Assembly: GCA_964392975.1 (NCBI GenBank)
Contig: CAYMRU010000001.1
Coordinates: forward strand, 1-62,424
From: an uncultured Candidatus Poseidoniales archaeon
GTDB lineage: Archaea; Thermoplasmatota; Poseidoniia; Poseidoniales; Thalassarchaeaceae
Direction: 5' to 3'
Length of the DNA stretch: 62,424 bases
Translations under genes and position numbers: made by a program
Shown: one piece after another, positions 52,901 to 62,416 of the stretch
Numbering within the stretch: position 1 is the stretch's first letter
Layout of the letters: every line of letters begins with the position of its first letter
The notes under the pieces: model-generated
What the model was told of the DNA's origin: nothing
The model's input: only the letters and a program-made list of their open reading frames with translations
Database searches by the model: none

Positions 52901-55255
52901 ATCCAAGTCGTTGTGAAGAATCTCATTAACTACCTCTCGCACTATGACAGAATCGTCCATCTTGCGATGCTTCTGCATTATTCGCTCAGCTTTCTGCTGG
53001 AACTGTTTGGGACTGACTTCGTCGCCTCCGACACGTCTGGGATTCAGCATGCTTCTTGAGGAGACTTCTCTGAATCTCTTTGCGAATAACTGGGAGTCGA
53101 GCAGGTACCTCTTCAGCGTCTCGATGCTGTCACCTGCACGGAATACTTGTGGAATTCTCGAGATTTCGACCTCGTGACTGAGCTTAATCATGAATCCATT
53201 CTCATCAAATGAGATTTCGTGCACATGCACATTGTCTTCGGAGGCGATTCCGGCGAACAAATAACCCAAGGCCATGTTGAATGCTCTTCCTCTACAGGTA
53301 GTGATGATGTAAGTTGGAAGAGGTCCCTCAATCTGCTCTACGAGGATTCTGTCTAGTGAAGGGACCTGGAAAGTCATCGCGCCTTGTTCCTCGAAGAACT
53401 CCGATAGTGCGCTAGCTACAGGCGCGTTCAGACCGATTGCATTGATGAGTAATTTCCTAGAGTCAGTCTCCAGCCGTTGTCTCACTGAAATGTGTCCGAG
53501 GAGAGACAGGACCTCTTGGCTAAGTTCGAAGGTCCTGCTGTTGGCCTCACCGGTCCACGAAGGAATCGTAGGACGATACCCAGTAGCGGAAGAGACGTTT
53601 ACTCTGGTTCCGATGATGCTAGATACCCGATATGTGGAGCCACCGAGTAGGAAAACGTCACCGTTCCTCAGGCTAGAGACGAAGGAGGACGATAATTGTC
53701 CGACGAGAGTGCCGTCAGAAGTGAATACGAGGTAGTTATTGTCGGGAGCTATGGTTCCAATGTTGGTATAGTAGATCATCTGGGCGAAACCGCGCTTGCC
53801 GAAACGGTTCTCCTCCCAGTCTACCCATATCCTGCGTTCCTCATCCAATAAATCGAGTACCTCGATGTAATCATCGTAAGGAAGTGACCTATACGGCCAA
53901 GAAGAAGTGACTAATTCGTATCCCTCATCGATATCCCACTCCCTGATAATGGAAAGTCCGATTGTGAACTGAGCCAAAACGTCCAAGCAATTCTCGGGAA
54001 ACTTCAGCAAATCCATCGAGCCTTGCAGAATGGCATTCTGTAGAGAGACGATTTCTAACAAGTCGTGAGGAGCGGTGGGAAGGAAGCGTGCTCTCGGAAC
54101 GCCGCCAACATGGTGACCAGCCCTTCCAATACGTTGTAGGGCTGTCGATATGGACCCAGGAGATCCAACTTGTATCACAAGGTCTACAGATCCAATGTCT
54201 ATTCCCAACTCAAGGCTAGACGAGGAGACTACGGCTCTGAGTAAGCCATTCTTAAGTCGGTTCTCGACATCTAGCCTGATTGATTTATCCATCGAACCGT
54301 GATGTCCTTCGACGCCCTCCAAGCCGGCGATTTTTAATCTCTGTACCACAGTCTCGGTCATGTTTCTGGTGTTGACGAATACCAGTGTTGTGGTATGCGC
54401 CTCGACGAGTTCCTTGATACGGTCAATGTTGTGATCTAGAACTTCTTTCACGGGTGTAGATGAGAACCTAGCTGTTGGCAAGATGATGTCCATATCCAAC
54501 TCACGAGACCCCGATATCTTCGCAATCGAGACCTGTTGTGGACTCAAGTCACTCTCCCGAGAATCACTGGCGACAAGATATTCAGCGACTGATTCCAGTG
54601 GCTCCATTGTAGCGCTAATACCGATGCGCTGTACATTGGTAGGTACTACGGTATCCAACAGAGCCATCGACAAAGACAGATGAGTTCCTCTCTTCGTGGG
54701 GACAAGTGAATGCATCTCATCGATAATAATCCATCGCAACTCGTGTAGCAGTGGTCTAAACCGCTTGGAAGCAAGTGCCAGACCGAGCGATTCCGGAGTA
54801 GTGATGAGGATGTGAGGTGGTTTTTTTAGCATCCTTTCGCGCTCTTTTTGAGGGGTGTCTCCAGTTCGGAGTCCAACCTTGATATCCTTGGCCCTACTAG
54901 GCAGGAATCTATCCTTTATCTCGGTAAGTGGACCGATGAGATTCTTCTGGATGTCGTTGGCAAGGGCTTTGATGGGAGAGATATAGATGCATTGGACTGA
55001 ATCGCTGAGAGTTCCATCTAGTGATTTCCTCACGAGATCGTCGATAATCGAAAGGAATGCTGTCAAGGTCTTACCAGAACCCGTAGGGGAGCAAAGCAGA
55101 AGGTGTTCACCGTTCATGATTCTAGGAATGGCAATCTTCTGAGGGTCGGTGAAATCAGGGAATTTATCCTCGAACCAGTTTCTCACTGGCGCAGATAGAG
55201 TATCGAGGAGTTCCTCGGTATCCATACTGTCATCTATGTACTGAATTTCTGGCAT
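49964..55255 (-). CDS. lhr: Lhr-family large ATP-dependent helicase (1763 aa)
   Basis: Motif I CSPTGSGKT, motif II IIDEMHSL, motif III SATM, motif VI LQRIGRAGH, and a DEAD-associated domain. A long C-terminal region contains several winged-helix-like modules. Trimmed to ATG 55255. Confidence 0.9.
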   Translation of the reverse strand: MPEIQYIDDSMDTEELLDTLSAPVRNWFEDKFPDFTDPQKIAIPRIMNGEHLLLCSPTGSGKTLTAFLSIIDDLVRKSLDGTLSDSVQCIYISPIKALANDIQKNLIGPLTEIKDRFLPSRAKDIKVGLRTGDTPQKERERMLKKPPHILITTPESLGLALASKRFRPLLHELRWIIIDEMHSLVPTKRGTHLSLSMALLDTVVPTNVQRIGISATMEPLESVAEYLVASDSRESDLSPQQVSIAKISGSRELDMDIILPTARFSSTPVKEVLDHNIDRIKELVEAHTTTLVFVNTRNMTETVVQRLKIAGLEGVEGHHGSMDKSIRLDVENRLKNGLLRAVVSSSSLELGIDIGSVDLVIQVGSPGSISTALQRIGRAGHHVGGVPRARFLPTAPHDLLEIVSLQNAILQGSMDLLKFPENCLDVLAQFTIGLSIIREWDIDEGYELVTSSWPYRSLPYDDYIEVLDLLDEERRIWVDWEENRFGKRGFAQMIYYTNIGTIAPDNNYLVFTSDGTLVGQLSSSFVSSLRNGDVFLLGGSTYRVSSIIGTRVNVSSATGYRPTIPSWTGEANSRTFELSQEVLSLLGHISVRQRLETDSRKLLINAIGLNAPVASALSEFFEEQGAMTFQVPSLDRILVEQIEGPLPTYIITTCRGRAFNMALGYLFAGIASEDNVHVHEISFDENGFMIKLSHEVEISRIPQVFRAGDSIETLKRYLLDSQLFAKRFREVSSRSMLNPRRVGGDEVSPKQFQQKAERIMQKHRKMDDSVIVREVVNEILHNDLDMRQLDDFISRMDSEDVRIVHRRVKMPSPLGMTLFMSSFEDLLSLRTRAYLIKDVDPEILRRLLGARSLATELDEDKLAEYYQSKVSVPTNANGLLRLMDMGGGLEPGLTNPLYNDKLRGIDMKKVRSWVYELAERGLITKIRKTGHEQIDGKWFSIRMADVHGTLGCLAVAGAAEMDDLKDLYTGGLNFEKGVDFTDGTPAKWKQTNLSDPLDCLRLKLLDMLGSEGPQTSDTICARLPFPQSQVESVLQELEMRNLVSIGFFKQTDEGEYILRMDEYRITGGSIDVVDYRTLQTLLLNKSFKSHDEPSEAIRSSILIQRRDELFHRVKNYRFRDWKDIKHDSDVVNGRLLHNRVGYTLKSMIPILTGLRSDPWLGELEQKLLDKIPEQGITRAELLAEYPKGKEFAHLQRTLKGAMNNLERQLTVYKQYQEVPNRKRSLAIFHKVHGVIEPLPFEDALVELIGRIGPIRLHTLRFFVSRPVEELADTLRELEENGRIHRVVALQPDPTDYYSSKHDSEALISPIPEDRKMRILSQSDPFCSRFINEIRLILKQGWYHPVFKGVDPIGRILMFVVNDYLEIKDINIPHSYLDEFKDAFSELLENYRDRLVDVSVLHAFNGVPVHDCDENIQNILNDLGFSSMGDGERYIRGGVVEPRSRREVYRMLFNQHRMHQDSRFENETMALEHLREVRDDFALRGRCEMFRVDLHSMAAAHQLHQGTSLRGHQVWAKFAHFQRLLTIRNIIASEEDEEILQFFSEHNDPTVYMDRHAMKRAEFRKLISPLVRSGHLVQDYRGGFKTVTPLQDADLWEVKRDYLRELVSQYPVVSLKQVERLAGSPFSAEEISDVMHEFEEDGTLIKGFLVDDLQDICWGRQEMLEDSSSLRKTRDLVVPPSDNLIHYFGGILRERFAFGSAYMVFHNEEPIAAFKANTRDGTIEITDFVGDSDLEKEALRVMKEFAWEHDTRLTGKLYEKLRTR

Positions 55256-55440
55256 TTTCACTACCGTACAGCAGTCAGGGCTTCGATTGCATAAATGAAT
55301 GCTTCTGACCAGAGTATGCACTCGGAATCCGAACCAATGCAATTCCTACAACACTCGCATTCCGAACGATATGGGACAATCCACATGGTTGACTACTCAC
55401 TTAGGATGGCTTGAAAGTCTCCACTCGGACTCGATGCCTC

Positions 55441-57153
55441 ATGAGCGAGAGGAGGATCGATAGGCTGACCTCTCTGCTGAGGAGGAGAGGAGTGGTGCTT
55501 CCTTCCTTCGAGATTTACGGAGGTGTGTCTGGTCTAGTCGACTACGGTCCAGTAGGAGCTAGAGTCAAGCGCAAGCTCGTTGATTCTTGGATAGACCATT
55601 GGACCAGTCAGGGAGATATTGTGGAAGTCGACTCTCCAACACTCACTCCAGAGGTGGTTTTGGTTGCCAGTGGGCATGTTGGCGAGTTCAATGACCTGAT
55701 GGTTTCATGCGCTAGCTGTGATTCGGCATTCCGGGCCGACCATCTACTCGAAGGAGTGCACGAAAATCCTGATTCACTTGGCCCCGATGAGGTCTCTGCT
55801 TTGTTATCTCAAGGAATTGTCTGTCCTGCCTGTTCAGAACCCAAATGGTCAGAAGTAAGGTCGATGAATCTGATGTTCTCCACGAGAATTGGCGCTATGA
55901 ACAGAGGTCGTGCAGCCTATATGAGGCCTGAAACAGCTCAGGGCATGTTCATGCTTTACCCCTCTCTTTTCCGGCATTTCAAGCAAAAACTACCCTTCGG
56001 AGCCGTGCAAACTGGGAAGGGATACCGCAACGAAATCAGTCCACGACAGGGTATGATTAGGCTGAGAGAGTTCGACATGGCTGAATTAGAGTATTTCATC
56101 GACCCCGAAGAGCCTCCTTGCCCCAATCTTTCCACTTGGGCTGACCCCGTGTCTATGGTCCCTGACCCGGAAGGAGAGTATGCAGGAGAGATTCAAATGA
56201 CTTATGCAGATGCACTATCGAAGGGGATAATCAGACACCCCACCGTGGCTTGGTTCCTCGCTAGGACCATGGATTTCTTGATTGGCGTCGGTATTGATTC
56301 CTCAAAGGTCCGGTTCCGTCAGCACTCGGGAACCGAGATGGCACATTATGCAGAGGATTGTTGGGATTGTGAGTTACTAGGAGAGCATGGTTGGGTAGAA
56401 TGTGTAGGAATAGCAAATCGGACCTGTCATGATTTACAGTCACATGAGGAAGCTAGTGGTAGCAAACTTCTGCGCGCTTGGAGGCAGTTCGATAAGCCTC
56501 GAAACGAAATCAGAGATGTTCTCTCCCCTGTATCTGCCATAATCGGTCCTGTATTCAAGGGCCGAGCAGGAGAGGTCGTCGAGGCTCTTTCACAACTCAC
56601 GGACCTGCCCGATGCGTTGCCTTTTGATCTGCAACTGTCGAACGGCTCATCTGTCGAAATCACACCAGATATGGTAGAAAGAAGGACAGAAGAAGTGACC
56701 TTGCATGGAGAGTGGTTCACTCCTCATGTCATAGAGCCGGCCTTCGGTATCGACAGGATTCTCTGGCATGTTCTCGATCACGCCTTTACAGAGACTGAGA
56801 AGGAAGGGGCACCTTACTCTATCATGAGGTTAAACTCCAAGGTAGCACCGTACGATGTGGCTGTACTTCCTCTTTTCGACAAACCCGGGATGATGGCGAT
56901 GGCAAGGGATGTTATTTCTCTGGTGAATTCCGTTCCCGGCCGCAAGGGAGAGATGGATTCCTCCAAGTCGATAGGTAGGCGATATGCTCGAGTGGATGAA
57001 ATTGGTGTCCCATGGGCAGTCACCATCGATCACGACTCTATTGAAGACGGGACGGTTACAATCAGACGAAGAGACGATCAGAAGCAGGTCAGATGCACTG
57101 TCGACAATCTTGTAGCAACCCTTTCTAAGGGTGATTTGAGTATACTGTTCTGA
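55441..57153 (+). CDS. glyS: glycyl-tRNA synthetase (archaeal/eukaryotic alpha2 type)
   Basis: RPETAQGMF, GKGYRNEISPRQGMIRLREFDMAELEYF (motif 2), EPAFGIDR (motif 3), and a C-terminal anticodon-binding domain. Trimmed to ATG 55441. Confidence 0.93.
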   Translation: MSERRIDRLTSLLRRRGVVLPSFEIYGGVSGLVDYGPVGARVKRKLVDSWIDHWTSQGDIVEVDSPTLTPEVVLVASGHVGEFNDLMVSCASCDSAFRADHLLEGVHENPDSLGPDEVSALLSQGIVCPACSEPKWSEVRSMNLMFSTRIGAMNRGRAAYMRPETAQGMFMLYPSLFRHFKQKLPFGAVQTGKGYRNEISPRQGMIRLREFDMAELEYFIDPEEPPCPNLSTWADPVSMVPDPEGEYAGEIQMTYADALSKGIIRHPTVAWFLARTMDFLIGVGIDSSKVRFRQHSGTEMAHYAEDCWDCELLGEHGWVECVGIANRTCHDLQSHEEASGSKLLRAWRQFDKPRNEIRDVLSPVSAIIGPVFKGRAGEVVEALSQLTDLPDALPFDLQLSNGSSVEITPDMVERRTEEVTLHGEWFTPHVIEPAFGIDRILWHVLDHAFTETEKEGAPYSIMRLNSKVAPYDVAVLPLFDKPGMMAMARDVISLVNSVPGRKGEMDSSKSIGRRYARVDEIGVPWAVTIDHDSIEDGTVTIRRRDDQKQVRCTVDNLVATLSKGDLSILF

Positions 57154-57189
57154 CGCGATTCTTATGGAGTCTCGCTGCCACAATATAAC

Positions 57190-58698
57190 ATGGTCCCGCG
57201 GACTGTCGATGATTGGACCGAGAGATACCGCCCTGACTCGCTGGACCTAATGGAAGGCAACGAGACTCAAATGAGGAAAATCAGACAATGGTTAGACCGC
57301 TGGACTGACGGTTCCCCTCCCAAGCGTGGTCTGTTGCTCTCTGGCCCACCTGGTGTGGGTAAGACCTCTTTGGCTCGAGCTGTAGCCAATGAGAGAGGTT
57401 GGACGATCATCGAACTCAACGCATCTGTTGACCGTAATGCGGCTTCTATCAGAAGTGCAGCCACACAAAGCTCCCAGCACATTTCTCTGGACAATTTCGC
57501 TAGCGGTGCAGGACTGGAGTCGAAGACTCTGATACTGCTTGATGAAGTAGACCACCTGAGTGGTGGCTTTGCCAGAGTTTCTGATGACAGAATAGAGTCC
57601 TCATTGCAACTTTCTGAGGAAGCATTAGTGCTTAGAGGAGATACCGGTGGTAAGGCCGAGTTGCTCAACCTACTGGATAACACACAGCAGCCAGTAATCA
57701 TGACCTGTAACGACCCCATGCGACTTTGGGGTAAGAACCGAGGCTGGAAGAGGAATAAGGACAGGGTGTTGTCTAAGGCGGAATTAGTCGGTTTCAACCG
57801 AGTCGGCAAGGTCCACCTAAGGAGGGTAGCGCATAGAATTCTCGACTCCGAAGACATAAGCATCGACCCGGGCGCACTCGAAGCACTGATTGAGGATAAT
57901 CCTGGAGATTTGAGGGCACTGGTTAGAGACCTGCAGTCAATCTGCACTCTCGAGGATGTTCATATCGGCCTTGAAACAGTTTCTTCGTTGTCTGAAGTCT
58001 CAATCAGGGATTCGCAGATTGATGTATTCAAGGCGATGCGAGAAGTATACAAATCGGGCTCTGGTAAACAAGCAGGGTTAGTTCTGATGTCTTCTGACAA
58101 AGACCCTGACGATATGCTAGCATGGTTCGCTTGGAACAATCAGACGGTTTTCGACTCTGATACTCTCGCAAGAATCAGCGATGCAATGTGTATGGCGGAC
58201 AGAGCGTTGGCGACCAAATTCGTCAACCGAGCGTTCCGCTCATGGTATTGGGGCTCTGCCCTCACTTCCCAAGCAGCCGTCTCATTTCGTGCTAGAGATC
58301 CTGATTCAGATCCTTATATCGGCTATCCAGACTTCCTGCGGAGAGGGTCTGAGTCTTGGCGTACTGGTACCGTTGTAGGTCATCTCTCAGAGGATTTAGG
58401 TACCAGCAAGGCTTCTGTACGCGAGGATCTATGGCCGGGTCTTTTAGCGATCCATGAGCAGTCATTGGGAGCCGACCCGGAGGACTTCACAGTTGCCAAG
58501 CACCTCGGATTCGAGGTATCCGGACATCTGGCTCTTCATGGGATACCTCGCAATAGAAAGTTAGCAAGCAGACTGATTGAGATGTATGAATCTGACCAAG
58601 AGGAAGAGTTGGATGAGGAAATTCAAACCTTTGAAGAATCACAATCTCCATCAGATGGTGGTGATGAGGGGACTCAGTTCTCTCTGGATTCTTTCTAA
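57190..58698 (+). CDS. rfcL: replication factor C large subunit
   Basis: WTERYRP clamp-loader box II, Walker A LLLSGPPGVGKTS, LILLDEVD, and an acidic C-terminal tail ending in a PIP-like QFSLDSF. Confidence 0.88.
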   Translation: MVPRTVDDWTERYRPDSLDLMEGNETQMRKIRQWLDRWTDGSPPKRGLLLSGPPGVGKTSLARAVANERGWTIIELNASVDRNAASIRSAATQSSQHISLDNFASGAGLESKTLILLDEVDHLSGGFARVSDDRIESSLQLSEEALVLRGDTGGKAELLNLLDNTQQPVIMTCNDPMRLWGKNRGWKRNKDRVLSKAELVGFNRVGKVHLRRVAHRILDSEDISIDPGALEALIEDNPGDLRALVRDLQSICTLEDVHIGLETVSSLSEVSIRDSQIDVFKAMREVYKSGSGKQAGLVLMSSDKDPDDMLAWFAWNNQTVFDSDTLARISDAMCMADRALATKFVNRAFRSWYWGSALTSQAAVSFRARDPDSDPYIGYPDFLRRGSESWRTGTVVGHLSEDLGTSKASVREDLWPGLLAIHEQSLGADPEDFTVAKHLGFEVSGHLALHGIPRNRKLASRLIEMYESDQEEELDEEIQTFEESQSPSDGGDEGTQFSLDSF

Positions 58699-60276
58699 TC
58701 AGTCGGTACCCGACCAAGTCCTCGGATGAAGCAGGACTAGGACTGTTAGCAACTCTAGCCTACCTAGCCACATCAGCAATGTAGCTATTAGCATCGATGG
58801 CTCGCTCAGAGCTGCCCATGTCGCAGTAGGTCCGAATGCTCCCAATGCAGGTCCGGTGTTACCGAGCAGTGATACGGAAATTGAGAGAACGTCGGTCATT
58901 GTCAGCGAAGGTTCCAGCAACGAAATAGCCAGCATGGACGCGGTCACAAGGACCATCCAAGAGCTAATCATTCCAAGTACTATCCACACCTTCCTCTCTT
59001 CAATCACCTGATCATTGAATCTGATTGCCACCACTTGTCGAGGTTGGATTATCTTGACAATCTCTCTCTTCGCCAATTCGAAGGCTATTCTGATTCTGAG
59101 TACCTTCAGGCCACCCCCAGTCGAACCAGCCGAGGCTCCAACGACCATCAGTAAAAGCAGAACGAACTGGCTGAATACCGGCCATGTAGCGAAATCGGCT
59201 GAAGAGTAACCAGTGCTGGAGATTGATATGGCTTGGAACAATGAGTGCCTCAGTGACTCAAGTGCCCCCAAATCACCCGGACTAGAGCGATAGAGATTGA
59301 TGGCCATCGCCAACCATGCGACCACAAGGATAAGCAGATAGGTTCGCAGTTCTTCGTCCTTCCACGCCTCGCCTGAGCGTCCTGCGAGCATGAGATGAAG
59401 CAGGCTGAAGTTGATACAAGTGAGAAGCATGAATACCATGATGATGCTCTCGACTCTGGCAGATTCAAAAGCCATTATTCCGCTGTCTGAGGTACCGAAA
59501 CCACCTGATGGAAGTGTTGTCAAAGCGTAATTGGCGGCATCGAACATTCCGATTTCACCCACAAAGTATAGCAGTCCGAACTCAAGGAAAGTAAGTAACA
59601 CATAGATGAGCCAGAGACGTCGGGCTGTCCACTGCAGAGTAGGGCCTAATCGGGACATGGTGGGACCGGTGAGTTCAGCTCGTGCCAGAGACATGCCACC
59701 ACCTAGCACTCTTGAAAGAATAAGCAGGCCAAGCATGATTACTCCCATGCCGCCAAGCCACTGTGAAACAGAACGCCATACGAGGATACTTCTGTTCTGG
59801 CTCCCGATACAGTCGTCTGCAAGCACCATTTCTGCGCATACCGGGCTCGTCGAGATGTCAATCACAGTGGCCCCGGTGGTAGTGAAACCCGACATGGACT
59901 CAAACCAAGAGTGCAGCAGCCCACCTAGCATGCCCCAAACATCCGTATCGCCTGCGATAAATTCGTTAGGGCCATAGAATGCTCCCCCTAGCCAGAATGG
60001 TAGTGAGCCTACAGCAACCACAGGAATCCAACCGAGTGCGACAGAAGCGAATGCCTCCCTATCTCTGACTCTTGATGAAGCGTCAGAATTCTCAGCCAGA
60101 GAAACAAGAGACTGACCTACTACCAGTGAGATAATGAATGCTGGCAAGTATGTCATTGCAGCATATTCGTAGCCCTCGCTCTCGATGAAGGCGCTGTAGC
60201 AGAATACCAACAGCAATGGAATCGAAATCAGTCGAATCGTCCAACCCAGTACGAGCCCAACGACGTCCCAGCGCAT
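58699..60276 (-). CDS. trkH: Trk-type K+ uptake protein, membrane subunit TrkH
   Basis: Repeated MPM selectivity-filter-like motifs (GFTTTGATV, LPSGGFGTS, ISSTGYS, LGNTGPALG). 525 aa. Confidence 0.92.
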   Translation of the reverse strand: MRWDVVGLVLGWTIRLISIPLLLVFCYSAFIESEGYEYAAMTYLPAFIISLVVGQSLVSLAENSDASSRVRDREAFASVALGWIPVVAVGSLPFWLGGAFYGPNEFIAGDTDVWGMLGGLLHSWFESMSGFTTTGATVIDISTSPVCAEMVLADDCIGSQNRSILVWRSVSQWLGGMGVIMLGLLILSRVLGGGMSLARAELTGPTMSRLGPTLQWTARRLWLIYVLLTFLEFGLLYFVGEIGMFDAANYALTTLPSGGFGTSDSGIMAFESARVESIIMVFMLLTCINFSLLHLMLAGRSGEAWKDEELRTYLLILVVAWLAMAINLYRSSPGDLGALESLRHSLFQAISISSTGYSSADFATWPVFSQFVLLLLMVVGASAGSTGGGLKVLRIRIAFELAKREIVKIIQPRQVVAIRFNDQVIEERKVWIVLGMISSWMVLVTASMLAISLLEPSLTMTDVLSISVSLLGNTGPALGAFGPTATWAALSEPSMLIATLLMWLGRLELLTVLVLLHPRTWSGTD

Positions 60277-60278
60277 CT

Positions 60279-61697
60279 TCAGTTCTCCAATGCCCTCTCA
60301 ACCTTCTTTAGGTCGCTCTTCGAGAGGAACAGGTAGATTCTGTCATTGACGTCAATCGTCTCGACCGTATGGGGCTTTAGGACTTCGACTTCGCCTTGCT
60401 CGTCATGCCTGTCGACCAGTACTATCCTCGCTCCTATCGCTTTCTCAACCTCCTTGACGGATTTTCCGGCGAAGGAGTGGTCCGGATTGACTTCGGCTGA
60501 GATTGAAATAATCGAAGGCATCGGAGGAATGACCTGATATGCCCCGGGCACATTCATGTGGATTGATTTCAACAGTGAAGTCACTGTCACCAGTCTTCGG
60601 CTGACTGGACGAGTCAGACCTATTCTATGGACTGCTTCGACCAATGCCCTATCTTTGAGCAGCAGGCCGGTTCTAGGAACTCCCTTGTCCTTTGCACGCA
60701 TTGAGATTGCGATGTTCAGATTGTCGTCATCTAACGCTGCGACCGCAATATCGTGGCTGTCTATTCCCAACTCGCTGAGCAGTTCCTCATCCTGCGGGTC
60801 TCCGTGAATCACGTCCAGTCTCTTGCTGTTGCCTACCGGTGACCCGACCAATTCGTTAGCCAGATCCAAGTCCGGTTCGATTACAATGACGCTCGAACCC
60901 TTAGACAAGTAGTGATCGGAGAGTCTTGATCCAAAGTTACTGGCTCCAAATATCGCTACCTGTGCATTCTCAGGAAAGTCCTCATCCTTCCTACCAACAG
61001 CTCGGGTAATCTGTGGGAACTGGTCTGTGGAGCGTGAGACGAAAGCGAGAATTTGTCCTTCTTGGATAATCTCGTCACCGGTTGAGATATTACCCTTCTC
61101 TCCGGGGTTCCTGATGGCGTAGATTGATGGAATTCCGACGAAAATCTCTCCGACTTGGCCCGTTTTTGTACCTATCAGAGGTGAGTTGGCCATTACCTCG
61201 GAGACAGCAATCCAAGAGGTTCCTCCCATAGGGAGAATCTCATCGATTGAGGGGGCCAGAAGGCCTGCAGCGAGCTGTTCCACAATCTCGTCCGAAGCAC
61301 AGACAACATGGTCGGCTCGAGACCAGTTCTCAAGTGGACCTGCTCCTTTTGAGGGGTCGAGCAAGGTGGGGTCGCGAATCTTCGCAATAGTAGTCAGTCC
61401 ACTGCTTCTGCGGTCTCCGACCTGCTCTCCGAAGACCTTCTTTGCAAATGCGCAACCTAGCAAATTTGTCTCATCATCGTTGGTTGCAAGCACTACTATC
61501 TCGGCATCGCTGATTCCCGCTCGAAGCAGCGATTCACGAGACAGTGCACTACCTGTAATCAGTAAACAGTCTAAGCTCTGAGATTCAATGATTGCAGTCG
61601 GATTAGGATCTATGAGAGCCACGCTCCTACTCTCCTGTCTGAGAGCTGCAGCGACCCCTCGGCCAATCTCCCCGGCCCCTGCAATAATTACTCGCAT
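60279..61697 (-). CDS. trkA: Trk-type K+ uptake protein, NAD-binding subunit TrkA (tandem RCK)
   Basis: MRVIIAGAGEIGRGVA and a second Rossmann motif VAIFGASNFGSRL, each followed by an RCK-C domain. Confidence 0.92.
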   Translation of the reverse strand: MRVIIAGAGEIGRGVAAALRQESRSVALIDPNPTAIIESQSLDCLLITGSALSRESLLRAGISDAEIVVLATNDDETNLLGCAFAKKVFGEQVGDRRSSGLTTIAKIRDPTLLDPSKGAGPLENWSRADHVVCASDEIVEQLAAGLLAPSIDEILPMGGTSWIAVSEVMANSPLIGTKTGQVGEIFVGIPSIYAIRNPGEKGNISTGDEIIQEGQILAFVSRSTDQFPQITRAVGRKDEDFPENAQVAIFGASNFGSRLSDHYLSKGSSVIVIEPDLDLANELVGSPVGNSKRLDVIHGDPQDEELLSELGIDSHDIAVAALDDDNLNIAISMRAKDKGVPRTGLLLKDRALVEAVHRIGLTRPVSRRLVTVTSLLKSIHMNVPGAYQVIPPMPSIISISAEVNPDHSFAGKSVKEVEKAIGARIVLVDRHDEQGEVEVLKPHTVETIDVNDRIYLFLSKSDLKKVERALEN

Positions 61698-61777
61698 GCG
61701 GTGAAACCCTCGGCGGGGCGGATATAATACTGCGCCATTGGCATGCGTGAATCCGACTTAAAGCCCACATTGAGAGT

Positions 61778-62416
61778 TTACTCGTCGGAATCGACGGACT
61801 CTCCTCTGATTCTGCTGTCTGAGGCTTCTCTGTGCCTGTCTGATTGCCTAGTTGTACGCCTGTAGGCCTGTTTTGCAGCTGGAGTCATGCCCGAAGGTAG
61901 CCATTTCGACTGGGCTTTGTTCCAAGCAAGAGCTAGCCCGGGCAAGACGGCTATGAGAGTGAATGGAGTGAATAGTGACAGAACTAGACACACGGTCAAT
62001 GCCGCGCGATAAACCGTGGACATTACATATGGGCGCAATCTGTTTGATTCGAGTAGTTCTGCGCCCTGCCAGCAAGCCGGTAGAGCGTGTCCCAGACACG
62101 AGCACAGAGCGATAACTAAGGCGAGTACCAGACTCATTGCATTGACGCCAGAATAGTCCGAATACGCCAATTCCTCATTGAAAAGGCGGAATATCAGCAC
62201 ACATGCCTGCATTGAGCCAATACCCAGTCCCAATGCCCATCCGAATGGGGGAGAGGCTCGCAATGAGGCGGTTCTTGAGCGAGATAGGAGAAACAAAACG
62301 AATGCTGATTCAGCCGCAGTGATCAGAATAGCGACGGTGAAGGCCCCGATGATATTGAGGTATGACAAAATGACTGAAGATAGGATCATTCTGTCTACGA
62401 ATACTGCTAGTAACAT
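61778..62416 (-). CDS. hypothetical polytopic membrane protein (possibly 5'-incomplete at the window edge)
   Basis: About 6 TM helices and a basic C-terminal tail. There is no in-frame stop between ATG 62416 and the window end, so the true start may lie outside. Confidence 0.5.
   Translation of the reverse strand: MLLAVFVDRMILSSVILSYLNIIGAFTVAILITAAESAFVLFLLSRSRTASLRASPPFGWALGLGIGSMQACVLIFRLFNEELAYSDYSGVNAMSLVLALVIALCSCLGHALPACWQGAELLESNRLRPYVMSTVYRAALTVCLVLSLFTPFTLIAVLPGLALAWNKAQSKWLPSGMTPAAKQAYRRTTRQSDRHREASDSRIRGESVDSDE

Noticed and set aside
57267-57947. 226-aa minus-strand ORF
   Set aside because: It is entirely antisense to the well-supported RFC large-subunit gene. Its Ser/Leu/Pro-rich low-complexity translation is typical of antisense frames, and it has no motifs.
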